This document shows, piece after piece, positions 19,021 to 30,017 of a stretch of 46,386 nt of DNA (positions are counted from its first letter, which is position 1; the number at the start of each line of letters is the position of its first letter). Below the pieces are notes generated by a model, which saw only the letters and a program-made list of their open reading frames with translations, did no database searches and was not told the origin of the DNA. The DNA is from a virus. Location: positions 1-46,386 of the IMG/VR virus record IMGVR_UViG_3300033056_000008. One strand, given 5' to 3'. The position numbers and the translations under genes were made by a program.

Positions 19021-19533
19021 TTAGATTAGTTTATTAATTGCTGCTAATTGATCTTTGCCGTTTAATTTATAAACAGCGTTTAATTTATCTAGTTCCAATG
19101 TTGTTTTACTGCCAATTTCCACTTTGATATAAAATACTTCTAATGTATTTTTAGATTCCATGGCAGAGTTTTGCGATAACTTACCAAGATCAAGTCCTTT
19201 TGACATATACTTGATGGTAATTTTCACACCAAGATAGGATAATGCGCCGTTATTAGAATTTACTTGTTGAATGGCTCCTCTTAGCACCAAAGATTTTCCA
19301 GCATGGGTAGCAAAGTTAAATGTTGTATCTAACAATGTTCTCCAAGGAATTTCAATAGACATACTTCCAAAATGTCCAACATTAGGCGTTTCAATTTCTC
19401 CTAATACTCCAGCACCACTGACAGTAGAAGTCATGGCCTCTAAGGTAGGTAGTGTTATTTCTCCAGATATCCCTATTAGTTTACTCTTATCATCATAAAC
19501 GTTAAAATTGGCCACTTTATCAGGTATAATCAT
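19021..19533 (-). CDS. Major tail tube protein (P2 FII-like)
   Basis: EITLPTL...VSGAGVLGEIE...LELDKLNAVYKLNGKD. Confidence 0.9.
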   Translation of the reverse strand: MIIPDKVANFNVYDDKSKLIGISGEITLPTLEAMTSTVSGAGVLGEIETPNVGHFGSMSIEIPWRTLLDTTFNFATHAGKSLVLRGAIQQVNSNNGALSYLGVKITIKYMSKGLDLGKLSQNSAMESKNTLEVFYIKVEIGSKTTLELDKLNAVYKLNGKDQLAAINKLI

Positions 19534-19535
19534 GC

Positions 19536-20993
19536 TTACGCACCTCCAAATAGACTGTTAGTCATGAATGTTGGATCAAATTCTAAAGTATTAACGATTT
19601 GTTCTGCTGGAGTATATCCACCAATTTTCGTCAGGAATTGAATTTTACCGTTCAAAATATCTGTTTGAGGGTTATCTTCCTCTCTAAACTCGATACTAGC
19701 TCCAGCAATATACCCTGCAGCAACTAATCCATTTGCTCGAATGTTTTCACTGTCTACAATACCCTCAATTAATCGAGTGCTTGTTAAATCATCAATGTCG
19801 TTCCAGAAGGTAACAACAAAGCTATTTCCCCACCAGTTCATTAATCTGCGTAAGTTAATGAACCTGTCTTTAGGATCTGTGGTTCCTGGATATGCTGCGG
19901 TATTGTTCCCCCATACTTTCCAACCACCCCAGTTAATGAAGGTTACAATGCCTTGTCCATTCAAATAGTTAGCTTGAACTGGATCTAAATAAACTTCTGT
20001 GCCATTCGCTAGGCATGCACCACTAATTGCAATTGGTTTATTAGATGGTGAATTCGCTGGAACATCCTCTGTTGTTGCATCCAAGGCTTTTAAAGAAGCA
20101 GCATAAACGGAACTAGCATGTAAAATCCTTGTCCCAATTTTGGTTTTTGGCCATAATACTGTACTTTTAGCATTTGTATATCCGTTATCATTTTTCCAAG
20201 TTGGCACATCCTCATATTTTAAAACTGTTGTAGTATCCACATCTGCAGCTACATCAGCATTAAAACTTCCATTGATTTTTTGTACTTTAGCCACCATAAC
20301 CGCATAAACATCAGGATACTGAGAAAATCCAGGTGCGATTAATAGGCCAGGAACAACGCCTAATCTTGGGTAAACTTGTTGGATTAATTCAAGCCCTTTA
20401 TACTTTCCTGCAGCACTATCATATCCTCCGATGATATCTGCCTTCGTTACTTTAGAAGCATCTACTTTGTCGTATGTCACTTTTGCTGCTGTAGCAGCCC
20501 CAATGGTTCCACTTGTTAAAACTGTTATAACTGGTTTATCAGCTGCGTTAAAACTAATAGTATAATCCGTATCTTTCACAAACGTTTTAGTACCATCAGA
20601 GCTTTTAATTTTTACCGTACTCAACAAAACACCCTCATCATTGATAACAGCTGTTCCCTTAGCTATAGTTAACGCTGCATCTGTAACGGCGGTTTTATGA
20701 ACTGTTGGATCAAGAACATTAATAAATACTACAGGACCAACCGAAGCGACCTGCAAGGCAGCATACATAGCCTCACAAAGCGTGTATTTACTATAATTTT
20801 CGCTATAACCAAGTTTGGTTTCTGCGTCTCCAAAAGTGTTTGCCAAAATAGGAACATTTGTAACAGCCAATGGATCTGCAGCCAAGTGAATTGGAGCAAT
20901 TCCCACTGCAATTAAAACGCCTCCTATATTTTGTACAGGAGGCGTTACGGACGTACTATTTTCTTTTATATTTATTCCATGTTCATATGCCAT
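19536..20993 (-). CDS. Tail sheath protein
   Basis: YEHGINIKE, PGLLIAPGFS, SPSNK, WKVWGN, DRFINLRR. Confidence 0.92.
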   Translation of the reverse strand: MAYEHGINIKENSTSVTPPVQNIGGVLIAVGIAPIHLAADPLAVTNVPILANTFGDAETKLGYSENYSKYTLCEAMYAALQVASVGPVVFINVLDPTVHKTAVTDAALTIAKGTAVINDEGVLLSTVKIKSSDGTKTFVKDTDYTISFNAADKPVITVLTSGTIGAATAAKVTYDKVDASKVTKADIIGGYDSAAGKYKGLELIQQVYPRLGVVPGLLIAPGFSQYPDVYAVMVAKVQKINGSFNADVAADVDTTTVLKYEDVPTWKNDNGYTNAKSTVLWPKTKIGTRILHASSVYAASLKALDATTEDVPANSPSNKPIAISGACLANGTEVYLDPVQANYLNGQGIVTFINWGGWKVWGNNTAAYPGTTDPKDRFINLRRLMNWWGNSFVVTFWNDIDDLTSTRLIEGIVDSENIRANGLVAAGYIAGASIEFREEDNPQTDILNGKIQFLTKIGGYTPAEQIVNTLEFDPTFMTNSLFGGA

Positions 20994-21403
20994 TAGTTAG
21001 AAGCCTCCTTATAAAATGCTATCGTTTTTTCATACATGACTTGCTCTTTTGTTCCCTTTACACCAATATTGGCGCTTGCTTGTGATAGGTTGCCAACGGG
21101 AACTATTAATTCCTGAATAAACGGGCATTTTTCCATTTCTGCTTTTACTTGGACAGGAAATCCATCTGTAAAGCTAGAATATTGCGGCAGAACATTACCA
21201 GGAAGGCTTGGACCAACATAAATAAGTGTCTGGACTGTTTCTGCTTTTCTTGTTTCATGAACATCTGCATTGCCCTGTTCAGGTGTAGCAACCTCTACAT
21301 TTATTTGTGGAGTAGCTTCTTTTTCAACAATTGTTTGCTTTGCTTCCTTAACTTCTGCACCAGACTTAATTGTTTCATCAACTTCAGGTGTTTTACGAGT
21401 CAT
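20993..21403 (-). CDS. Hypothetical tail-region protein
   Basis: Operonic overlap; LIYVGPSLP motif. Confidence 0.6.
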   Translation of the reverse strand: MTRKTPEVDETIKSGAEVKEAKQTIVEKEATPQINVEVATPEQGNADVHETRKAETVQTLIYVGPSLPGNVLPQYSSFTDGFPVQVKAEMEKCPFIQELIVPVGNLSQASANIGVKGTKEQVMYEKTIAFYKEASN

Positions 21404-21906
21404 ATTAACTTGTTCACTTCCTCATCTAAAATTTGTATAGCTTCTTCAAACTCCAATAGCATTGCTCCAAAATAATATGGATGTGTATCCTCATCATGTA
21501 TTTTCCACCTTGGCGGAACAGGTAAGGAATACTGTTTTTTCATTTGACGATTCTTCGCTAAATCCATGTGAATTTTTCTAAGAATAGCTGTTACATCTTT
21601 ATATCCAGCTCTACTTTCAGAATCATCGTGTACACCTACAATGATGTTAACTGTCACAATCTGTTTAGAATCCCATTGTTCTTGGATTCCTTCAAATAAT
21701 TGCACTATGATTGCAGGATAATTAGATGAGCTATCATCTTCTTCTGCAAATTCATCATGTGGGTTTTCATTTCGTTTCGGTATAGGCAAATGTTGCTCAT
21801 AGACTTTAACGGGAACTCTTTCCCCATTTGACCCGTTGAACAAATCTCCCTTAAATACCTTTTTGAATCGTTTGATTAACTCGCTCTGTAAATTCTCTGG
21901 TATCAT
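21400..21906 (-). CDS. Tail terminator/completion-like protein
   Basis: YPAIIVQL and HPYYFG motifs; position before the sheath. Confidence 0.6.
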   Translation of the reverse strand: MIPENLQSELIKRFKKVFKGDLFNGSNGERVPVKVYEQHLPIPKRNENPHDEFAEEDDSSSNYPAIIVQLFEGIQEQWDSKQIVTVNIIVGVHDDSESRAGYKDVTAILRKIHMDLAKNRQMKKQYSLPVPPRWKIHDEDTHPYYFGAMLLEFEEAIQILDEEVNKLI

Positions 21907-21914
21907 GTTAATCC

Positions 21915-22475
21915 TTATCCTCTTCCTAAGGCTCTATTAATCTCATAATCTACACGACTAAGGAATGTTTCATAGCCTGATTGATTAATCTTATTAACAA
22001 CCTCTTGATTGCCAATCATTTGTGGCACAGAAGGACCCATAACACTTTTAACTGGTAAACGTTTCTCTCCTTCCCTTCTAAATACCTTAATTCCGTTGAT
22101 ATTTACAACGAAAGGACCTTTAACGGCTACCAATCCACTGCCTTTTTTAACAGCCATTTTGATTGGTTTTTTCCTTCTTGGTTGAACCGTTTTAGGAGAC
22201 ACTTTAAAACGGTCAATAGGAATTACTTGCCCCCTAGATGTTACAATGGCAGACAATCTAGACTTGGACGCTCTTGTTTTACTCAAGGTGTTTTTTACGT
22301 CACTGGCTTTTATGTTGTATTCCTGTCTTACTTCCCGTGAAATACTTGCTGCAACATTAGTCATTGCCCTGTTTAATGCTCTGGTTATGACATCGGGAGC
22401 TTTGTTTGGAAATGGACCCAGACGATTTTGAACATTGCTTAATAAAGTGCGATCAATATCGACTGTTAAAGGCAT
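21915..22475 (-). CDS. Minor tail protein, lambda gpZ-like
   Basis: RALNRAM...VFRREGEKRLPVKSVMGPSVPQM. Confidence 0.8.
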   Translation of the reverse strand: MPLTVDIDRTLLSNVQNRLGPFPNKAPDVITRALNRAMTNVAASISREVRQEYNIKASDVKNTLSKTRASKSRLSAIVTSRGQVIPIDRFKVSPKTVQPRRKKPIKMAVKKGSGLVAVKGPFVVNINGIKVFRREGEKRLPVKSVMGPSVPQMIGNQEVVNKINQSGYETFLSRVDYEINRALGRG

Positions 22476-22801
22476 TATTGATTCCTCCCTAACGTTATGA
22501 CATACATGTCATCATCACTAGAAACATTCATTACACGGTATTTCTTGCTTCCTAGCTGCATGATTTCCCCGTTTCTTGGTCTGAAATCCAACTCCACTTT
22601 AGCAACAGAAAAAAGGACCTCTGCCTTTTCGAGCCCCTCTCCACCATTCCCAAACTGTCTTTGTTGCAGCTGTTCATTGTCCAAAATTACGGTTATTTCC
22701 TTCCCATTAACAGCAAGCTTTTGAGCAAACTCATTCTCATTAAAGAAGGTGTTTTTTACATCTTGAGTAAGAAAATCTTTAAAATTACTCATTAAAATCA
22801 T
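22475..22801 (-). CDS. Head-tail joining protein
   Basis: FFNENEFA motif; position after the capsid genes. Confidence 0.65.
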   Translation of the reverse strand: MILMSNFKDFLTQDVKNTFFNENEFAQKLAVNGKEITVILDNEQLQQRQFGNGGEGLEKAEVLFSVAKVELDFRPRNGEIMQLGSKKYRVMNVSSDDDMYVITLGRNQ

Positions 22802-23198
22802 TTGGAAGTGCTAATACTTCCTCTGCTTTACCCTCGCTAATAATTAAGGAGATTAAATCATCTTTTTTCTGATCAAAAGATGGAACTAAAATTCCAACCT
22901 CCATAGCCGCTTCCTTTAAAATGTCTTTATTAAACTTGTTATACAAAAGCTTGGCCACATCTTTATCATTTTCTTCTGGATTTGCTGGAGGTGCTGGCGA
23001 TGGATTAACTTCCTGGCCTTCAATCAACTCAACTACCTCTTTTTTCTCAATAAAAAAAGCAGCTCCGCATTTCACCAACCGCTTTGCTACATCTTCTGGA
23101 ATATTTGCTTGATCACCAGGATTAAATCGCTTCCCGTTGTATCGGCTTTTTAAAGTAAACTCAATTAACATTATTACACCACCTGAGCAACGAACCAT
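22785..23198 (-). CDS. Hypothetical head-region protein
   Basis: Follows the capsid gene; YNGKRFNPGD...AKRLVKCGAA. Confidence 0.55.
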   Translation of the reverse strand: MVRCSGGVIMLIEFTLKSRYNGKRFNPGDQANIPEDVAKRLVKCGAAFFIEKKEVVELIEGQEVNPSPAPPANPEENDKDVAKLLYNKFNKDILKEAAMEVGILVPSFDQKKDDLISLIISEGKAEEVLALPNDFNE

Positions 23199-24217
23199 TC
23201 GTCCGCATCGTTTGGTTTTGGTACTGGTCTGCTTGCTAAACGCAACATTCTAGCCTCTGCGTTCATATCAACCCATGACCTCGGGATGATTTTACCTTCA
23301 TAGGTAACAAACTGTTCGTTCTTTTCCAATTGAGTAATAGCTCCATACAAAGTTTCCCCCAAATTTGCTTTAGCAAGAATCACTGTATCCTCTGGAATGT
23401 ACGGTTGTAACACTTTATCATCATCGATATACCAAGAATCATAAGTGTAAATATCCAGATTTAACTCTGCAATTCTACCGATATAGCTAACACCATCGCC
23501 TCTATACTGCGGCTTATATTCGATGTTATTCATATTGCGAATATCCATGTATTTTTGAATCTTTTCATCATTTCTAAAGGCTTTCAAAGCGCCACGGCCA
23601 AGGATAGCCATATCTACCATAGCATCCGTTTTCTTTGTCACTTCCAATTTCCAATTTTCAAGATCCTCGTAAATATCGCCGCCTTGTCCCCAACGATCTG
23701 TACCCTCTAGAACTTCTTTGTTTGTAAATCCAAAGTCTAAAACTTGTTCTACATAGTTTGTATCACGTTGGTCAATATAACCCTTCATAATGATTTTTCC
23801 ATGTCTAAGAGCTTGAGCGCACATCCACTCTTGTCTTCTGATAATTTGGTCACTTAGTTCACGGATATCTTTTGCTAACAAATCTACTTGTCGCTGCGCT
23901 GGAGTTTTATCGCTTATCACATTTTCTCCCAAACCTCTTGTAACTAAATCATCAATAGTGATAATACGTTGAGGCGCAATTTTAGGAGCAAGATATTTCT
24001 CTGTTTTGAAACCTTCACGTTCTTGGGTAATCCCTCCAACCCTTGGTGCTACAAATGGAGCCATTTTTCTTTTTCCCTTTTGAAAATCCAATAGGACTTC
24101 ATCCGTTACAAAAGTGTCTCCATCTGGAAAGAACGTCCTTTTTAGAAATGAAGTTGGAATATTCATCTTTCTTACGGCTGGTAACATCGTGGTTGTTTTA
24201 TACAAATCTAAATTCAC
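23174..24217 (-). CDS. Major capsid protein, lambda gpE family
   Basis: FLKRTFFP, KMAPFVAP, RRQEWMCAQAL, SRPVPKP. Confidence 0.9.
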   Translation of the reverse strand: MNLDLYKTTTMLPAVRKMNIPTSFLKRTFFPDGDTFVTDEVLLDFQKGKRKMAPFVAPRVGGITQEREGFKTEKYLAPKIAPQRIITIDDLVTRGLGENVISDKTPAQRQVDLLAKDIRELSDQIIRRQEWMCAQALRHGKIIMKGYIDQRDTNYVEQVLDFGFTNKEVLEGTDRWGQGGDIYEDLENWKLEVTKKTDAMVDMAILGRGALKAFRNDEKIQKYMDIRNMNNIEYKPQYRGDGVSYIGRIAELNLDIYTYDSWYIDDDKVLQPYIPEDTVILAKANLGETLYGAITQLEKNEQFVTYEGKIIPRSWVDMNAEARMLRLASRPVPKPNDADEWFVAQVV

Positions 24218-24228
24218 AAAAATTCCTC

Positions 24229-24594
24229 CTAGTCTAAGATATCCTTCAAGATGATATTAAGCGTTCTTAGCGTTTTTTCGTGCTTTGCAGCTGTATCTGT
24301 GCCACCAAAAACTAACGCTAATCTGTTAAACATTCCTGAAATATATGCAGTGTGTACTACTTCTTCCGTTGTATCTACATCATCTGTCAAAATACAGTCT
24401 GCCGTATTACTTCCATCTGTAGCAGCACTGTTTACTTTGACTGCTAAACCATCATTCGCTATGCCTAGAACGGTTCCTTTTACCAACAAACCTTGGCCAC
24501 TCTTCAATCTCACAGCTTTAACTTCTACTGGAATAGAAGATCCTGCAAAGAGATTGTCGTATTTAAATTCCCCTACTTGTCCATTCAAGTTCAT
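24229..24594 (-). CDS. Head decoration protein (lambda gpD-like)
   Basis: YDNLFAG...GTVLG...ILTDDVD...YISGMFN; between protease and capsid. Confidence 0.82.
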   Translation of the reverse strand: MNLNGQVGEFKYDNLFAGSSIPVEVKAVRLKSGQGLLVKGTVLGIANDGLAVKVNSAATDGSNTADCILTDDVDTTEEVVHTAYISGMFNRLALVFGGTDTAAKHEKTLRTLNIILKDILD

Positions 24595-25733
24595 CCTAAT
24601 GCCCCCTCCAGAGCGTTACTTAACGCATTGTCATTCTCGGATTGAGTGTTATTTAATGCTTGATCTAGCGCATTTGCTTGTTGAGCTTCTTTATTTGTAT
24701 CTGATGGAGCATTACTTCCTGGCACCTGATTAATTACAGCAGCATCTTTATTCACATTGCTTAAATAATTGGTACCTCTAGCTTTTTCTGCTTTAATAAT
24801 TTCAACAGCAAGAGCGCTGGCTTCCATTCTATCTTCAAACTTTGCCTTGTTAATCAATTCCTCATTTCCAGGAAGCTGTAAGTCTTCAATGTCTTTAATT
24901 CGATTGTTCTCTGCGGTGACTCCCTCTTGATAACCAAGGTTTTTAACTTTTTCAAATAAATGAGGATGGTCATTTTTTAGTGTTTCTAAATCCATATTCT
25001 TTGGCTCCTCCTTTTGTTGTGTTGGTTCTGGATTTACATTAGATTGAGTGTTTACAAGATTAGTAAGATGAGATGCCTCTGAACCATTGAGCATTTGCAT
25101 TCCTAACATTTCGTTACGCAATTTATCAATGATAGCTTGCGGTATTATCCCATCGCTAAAAGATGTATTTGCGCTTGCTACAATGCTATTGCCAAGTTCA
25201 CCATTATCAAACATAATTTCATCAATCAAGCCAATCTGTTTAGCTTGTTGTGCAGTTAACCATGACTCGTTATCCATCATGGCCAACAATTCATCATGTG
25301 TCTTACCTGTTTTCAATTTATAGGCATTGGCAATAGAGATATTAACGTTCTTTAAAACACTGGAAGTATGATTCATATCCCGATAATCACCACTTGCTAC
25401 AGTAGAAGCGTTATGAATCATAATTTGAGCAGTAGGTGACATCAATACTTTGTCACCAGCTAATAAAAGATAAGATGCAGCACTTGCTGCTAGTCCCAAA
25501 TTCTTAGAAATTACATTATTAGGATGCTCTCTCAAAAGCGTATACATTTCAGATGCTGCCGTTACAGAGCCTCCGCCACTATTTATCTCTAAAATTATGT
25601 CCTCATTGTTATCTGAATCAATACTGTCCAAAAAATCTCTAACTTTCTTTGGACTTGCTGCATCCATTTCAAACAAATCATAAATCCACTGGTGATCACT
25701 TGGAATGATTGGTCCTCTGATGCTTAACTTCAT
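24591..25733 (-). CDS. ClpP-like head maturation protease with scaffold C-terminus
   Basis: INSGGGSV, AASAAS, IMIHN, ESWLTAQQAKQIGLID. Confidence 0.92.
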   Translation of the reverse strand: MKLSIRGPIIPSDHQWIYDLFEMDAASPKKVRDFLDSIDSDNNEDIILEINSGGGSVTAASEMYTLLREHPNNVISKNLGLAASAASYLLLAGDKVLMSPTAQIMIHNASTVASGDYRDMNHTSSVLKNVNISIANAYKLKTGKTHDELLAMMDNESWLTAQQAKQIGLIDEIMFDNGELGNSIVASANTSFSDGIIPQAIIDKLRNEMLGMQMLNGSEASHLTNLVNTQSNVNPEPTQQKEEPKNMDLETLKNDHPHLFEKVKNLGYQEGVTAENNRIKDIEDLQLPGNEELINKAKFEDRMEASALAVEIIKAEKARGTNYLSNVNKDAAVINQVPGSNAPSDTNKEAQQANALDQALNNTQSENDNALSNALEGALG

Positions 25734-27322
25734 TCATCTTTCACCTCCTCTTCCTCATCTTCCTGTACTTTTGTGTTGGTTTTAGTTGGAGCAGACTCTT
25801 CTGGTATTAATCCATCCTCTCTCCTAACCTTTTCCTCCAAAGTACGTAAACGATGGTTTTTAAAGAAATCTCCATTCCCCATAGCCACTGTTTCTTGAGA
25901 ACGTGTAGAGAATCCGTTATTCACACGTTTTTCGGCTGCGTTCACCTCCTTCAAAGGATCTAATTGACCTTGAGAAGGACCATTCCACTCTGCTCCACAA
26001 TAGGCTTTCCTTGCCATTGGATCAGTAAAGAATCCTGGAGCATAAATACGTCCTTTCGCAATAGCTTCGGCTAAAAACTCCTCATAAATAGGCTGACAAA
26101 AGTCATTTGCCAGCCAATCTCTACGCATTTTAAACATTTTCCATGCTTCCAAAAGGGCACCTCTTGATGCCGAATAGGAGGCTGTAAAATGTTTTAATAG
26201 TAATTCATATGGAATTTCTAAAGCAGCGCCGATTTGTCTACATATAGATGTTACAAATCCATCAAAGTTTGGATTCGGTCTACCTGGATTAGACTCTTGA
26301 ATTTTTTCATTCTCCTCTAAAAAGTGGACAGTTCCGTTTCCAATCTCAATGCTGGAATCGTCATTCCCGTCAATTTCCTCCTCTTCCGATATGCTGGAGA
26401 ATCCACTGCCATTATCTTTTGTTTCTGTGGTAACAAAGACTGCATACATACCGTTAATAACAGCAGCCATCAATTCTGCCTCGGAATAACGGGCAATTTG
26501 TTTTAAGCTCTCAATAACTGGTGCCAATATGGGCACCCCTCTTCGTTGCTCTGGCCTTTCACTTTCCATCAAATGAATAACATTTAAGCGTCCAGAATTG
26601 GCTCCGAATTTAGGTATTCTCCTCCACTTATTGACCGTTATTAAGGCAGTGGAATTAGGATGTTCATCCGCAATATGATATGCGATAACCTCTCCAAAAC
26701 TGTTTATTTCGACTCCATTAACCAGTTTCCCGCCATTTTCTATAATTGTATTATTGTAAGGGTTACATACCCGATCAGCTTCAATGACTTTTACTCGTAA
26801 ATCGTATGGCATTCCCATCCTTGGCATAACTGGCAATAGTGTGAATACATCCCCACTTTGCAGCCATGAAAGTTGGGCTAGTTGTTGTAATTCGTAAAAA
26901 TTATTCATTCTCTGAGCATCACAATTTATGGAGTCAGCCCATAAGGAAAACTCTCTTTCCACATTTGTTTCCCATGCGTCCGCCTCTTCCGTACTCATAT
27001 TCAAATAATCTGCATCGATTTGAGAATTCAATCTTAATCCTGCTCCGACAATATTTGTCCGCATGGTTTTAATTGCACCAGTTGCTAAAGGAGCGCCCAT
27101 GTATAAATCTCGTGAGCGTTCTCTTAAAGTAGGGATGTTCATCTCAATATCTTCTAAGACAGATCCTGAACCAAAATCCCAGCCTTGCATAGCTTTCTTT
27201 TTACTGCTTGCTCCATGGTTGTCATAACCGCTGTTTATAATATCTAGTTCTTTTCTAGATCGCACCCGATTTAAGGCTGTCTTCGGACTAAAAAAGGCAA
27301 TTGTTTTATCAATTAAATTCAT
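25730..27322 (-). CDS. Portal protein, lambda family
   Basis: LRERSRDL, QRRGVP, SYSASR, LDPLKE. Confidence 0.93.
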   Translation of the reverse strand: MNLIDKTIAFFSPKTALNRVRSRKELDIINSGYDNHGASSKKKAMQGWDFGSGSVLEDIEMNIPTLRERSRDLYMGAPLATGAIKTMRTNIVGAGLRLNSQIDADYLNMSTEEADAWETNVEREFSLWADSINCDAQRMNNFYELQQLAQLSWLQSGDVFTLLPVMPRMGMPYDLRVKVIEADRVCNPYNNTIIENGGKLVNGVEINSFGEVIAYHIADEHPNSTALITVNKWRRIPKFGANSGRLNVIHLMESERPEQRRGVPILAPVIESLKQIARYSEAELMAAVINGMYAVFVTTETKDNGSGFSSISEEEEIDGNDDSSIEIGNGTVHFLEENEKIQESNPGRPNPNFDGFVTSICRQIGAALEIPYELLLKHFTASYSASRGALLEAWKMFKMRRDWLANDFCQPIYEEFLAEAIAKGRIYAPGFFTDPMARKAYCGAEWNGPSQGQLDPLKEVNAAEKRVNNGFSTRSQETVAMGNGDFFKNHRLRTLEEKVRREDGLIPEESAPTKTNTKVQEDEEEEVKDE

Positions 27323-27333
27323 ATCCTCACCCT

Positions 27334-27549
27334 TTATAAGTCTCTTGGAATATAACGCCTGGCTTTTCTTCTATTGCCTTGCAACTTTGAGACTCTGTTC
27401 TCCCAATGGGTTATGGTTTCTCTAATTTCTTTTAGGTTAGCTCTTGTTAGCGACCTGGTTCCAATGCTATAACTTTGACCTGTTGAAACAGCCAATTCAG
27501 CATCCAGCCAAGCTTGCAGATGTTTTTTTGCAGTTGCTAAATCAATCAT
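27334..27549 (-). CDS. Head-to-tail joining protein (gpW-like)
   Basis: GQSYSIGTRSLTRANL; between terminase and portal. Confidence 0.82.
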   Translation of the reverse strand: MIDLATAKKHLQAWLDAELAVSTGQSYSIGTRSLTRANLKEIRETITHWENRVSKLQGNRRKARRYIPRDL

Positions 27550-29378
27550 AATTGAACTCCTTTCGATGCAGTTCTTCGTTTCCGTTTCTTGCTACTGCCT
27601 ATATTGCTGGCTGCATATTCTTTATCCAAGTTCGGACTAATAATTTCTAAAGCAGCCGTATTATAAACCCTTAAATCTAAAGGCTCGTTTCTTGCTCTAA
27701 CTTTTTTCCAAACTTGATATGGTACTCCTTGTTCATATCTAGTTACTAATTTCTCTGCCGTAAGTCCTTTGAAATAATCCTCGTTGTAACCTTTTCCCTT
27801 TGGAAAATGACAATAGTTAGGACCGAAATCTTCAATTTGCAGACTGGACATCACTCTTGATTTCCCGTCATTTACACCTAAATGCACCAACAGAGTCTTG
27901 GACGGTTTTGGTCTGCTTGTTCCAGCAACTAAAGGATCATATTCCCCTTTTCCAGTGGACTTACCTTTAATGGCATATATCCTTCTAGCCTCTCTTGGCT
28001 TAGTAAACTTGTAAACTTCCTGTGTATAGTGTCCACCACTATCCATACAGGTACACATAATTCCAAATTTCTTTCCGTCAGCTTTGCTCCATGTCTTAGA
28101 TAAGAAAGCATCCAGTTCATCCCATACAATCTGCTGTTTCAAATCACCATAAATCACATGATATTGGATTCCCCAGGATTCTTTACCTTCTCCCCAACCA
28201 ACTACTTCAATTTCAAATCGATTGTCCTGAGTATCAACAGCAGCCGTTAAGATTTTCACTCCGTCTGGAACCTCTATGTCTTCGCCGTAATCTTCAACAC
28301 GCTTCATTAGATCATCGTCTTCCAGCTGCTTCCCTTCTTCTTCCCAAGTTTCACCTAAACTCGTATTCACCCAAACTTTCATTGCTTCTGGTCCTTTCTC
28401 CTTCGCTTTGAGAAAGTCATCCACAATTTCTTTCCATTTTCTCCATGGGCTTAATAACTCGTTTAAGTGAAATCCCCTATAAGAAGCCTCTGGTTCACTC
28501 GCAATCCAATATCCCTTTTGTTTTTTCCACTCATATTCTGAATGCATTGTTCCGCATTCCTTACAAGCATGGGTTACTGGCTGGCTTAAATCATTTTTAT
28601 CAAATACAACTTGAGCCCAACTTAATGGCTGGAGTCCTTCACATGATGGGCATGGAAGATGATAATACTCCTTTGTACTTAAATTAAATTCAGCCTCTAT
28701 TCGGGAAGCGCCTTTAACAGTTGGAGTTGAAACAAAAACCTTTTTGCGATTATAAAAGTTATTTGTACGCTTTTCTGCAAGAGATAATGGATCTCCTTCT
28801 GTTCCAGCTGATACAGGGAATCGGTCCACTTCATCAGCCAAAAGAATTCGAATGGAACGTCCAGCTAATCCTCCAGGTGCATTCGCTCCAACTAATGCAA
28901 TATATCCACCTGGAAACGACTTTTCTAATGTGGTGTTTCCACCGTTTTTTGCTTTTACATCTGCCACTTTACTTCTTATGGCTGGTGTATCTCGAATCAT
29001 AGGCGCTAATCTTTGTTTCGAAAAACTCTTTGCTAATGCTTCTGTAGGTTGCAGAAATAATATTGGTGCTGGATCTTGATCCATATGATATCCACCCATA
29101 TTTAAAAGAAATTCTGTTTTCCCTACCTGCGCCGATGACATAATTACTACCTTTTCACATTCTGGATCATTAATGGAATCCATAATGCCTCGTTGATAAG
29201 GTGCTCTGTCAGTTCTCCATTGTCCTGGTTCTGCTGAACCTTCTGGAGATAATTTTCTATAAGCATCTGCCCATTCGCTAACTGTTAAATCTGGAGGAGG
29301 TTCAAGGATGTCAGCTGCTACTTGCTGGAAAAGTAATAGTGTCTTTTTATAATCTGAGCTGGTCGACACGCATATCAC
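27546..29378 (-). CDS. Terminase large subunit, GpA family
   Basis: SAQVGKTE Walker A, LLADEVD Walker B, STP, CPSC...CKEC, DTQDNR, NEPLD. Confidence 0.95.
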   Translation of the reverse strand: MICVSTSSDYKKTLLLFQQVAADILEPPPDLTVSEWADAYRKLSPEGSAEPGQWRTDRAPYQRGIMDSINDPECEKVVIMSSAQVGKTEFLLNMGGYHMDQDPAPILFLQPTEALAKSFSKQRLAPMIRDTPAIRSKVADVKAKNGGNTTLEKSFPGGYIALVGANAPGGLAGRSIRILLADEVDRFPVSAGTEGDPLSLAEKRTNNFYNRKKVFVSTPTVKGASRIEAEFNLSTKEYYHLPCPSCEGLQPLSWAQVVFDKNDLSQPVTHACKECGTMHSEYEWKKQKGYWIASEPEASYRGFHLNELLSPWRKWKEIVDDFLKAKEKGPEAMKVWVNTSLGETWEEEGKQLEDDDLMKRVEDYGEDIEVPDGVKILTAAVDTQDNRFEIEVVGWGEGKESWGIQYHVIYGDLKQQIVWDELDAFLSKTWSKADGKKFGIMCTCMDSGGHYTQEVYKFTKPREARRIYAIKGKSTGKGEYDPLVAGTSRPKPSKTLLVHLGVNDGKSRVMSSLQIEDFGPNYCHFPKGKGYNEDYFKGLTAEKLVTRYEQGVPYQVWKKVRARNEPLDLRVYNTAALEIISPNLDKEYAASNIGSSKKRKRRTASKGVQL

Positions 29379-29925
29379 TCATTTCTTCTTCCTCAGCTTC
29401 CTCCTCATCTAAGAACATCTTATCTTTGCTAATCTCATAGAAAATAGCAGGATCGTAGTCCTTCAACTCATGTAGTAATTCCACTACTCCAGTTTTCAAG
29501 GCATCCTTAATAACCTGTATATCCTGTAACATGACTAATTGAGGAGCCAATTTTGTTGGAAGAGCAAGCGTCCTTTGTCTAAATGCCATCAACATATCAT
29601 TCATAATTCGCTTAACATCTTCCGAACGGTGTAATTCCCCTTTTATGATTTGGACTTCTAATTCTATTTTTTCTCTTTTTGCTCTTGTCCATAGTGCCGT
29701 TTCGGCTTCTTTATCTATTTTAGAATCGCTTGGCAAGGCTTTTGCAATTTGATATTCAATAAACTTATTTATCGATGCTGGCAAATCATAATAGCCTCTG
29801 TTCAATCGAACCAAGGCTCCTTCGTCCGCAAATTGCTGAATTCTTCGCTTTGTTACACCTAGTATTTCGCTAATTTCAGCTGTTGTAACTACTTTGGAAA
29901 TTCCCTCTGATTCCTTACGTGCCAA
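29347..29925 (-). CDS. Terminase small subunit (Nu1-like wHTH); start refined to TTG at 29925
   Basis: EISEILGVTKRRIQQF HTH; AAGGAGGAGG RBS before the TTG; precedes GpA. Confidence 0.85.
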   Translation of the reverse strand: MARKESEGISKVVTTAEISEILGVTKRRIQQFADEGALVRLNRGYYDLPASINKFIEYQIAKALPSDSKIDKEAETALWTRAKREKIELEVQIIKGELHRSEDVKRIMNDMLMAFRQRTLALPTKLAPQLVMLQDIQVIKDALKTGVVELLHELKDYDPAIFYEISKDKMFLDEEEAEEEEMSDMRVDQLRL

Positions 29926-30017
29926 GGGCTTCCTCCTCCTTCCAAAATTATTTCCCAAGTTTTTTTATGGAGAAAACGAAATCGACTATTTTGGCCAGAA
30001 ACTAGACACGAATTTGG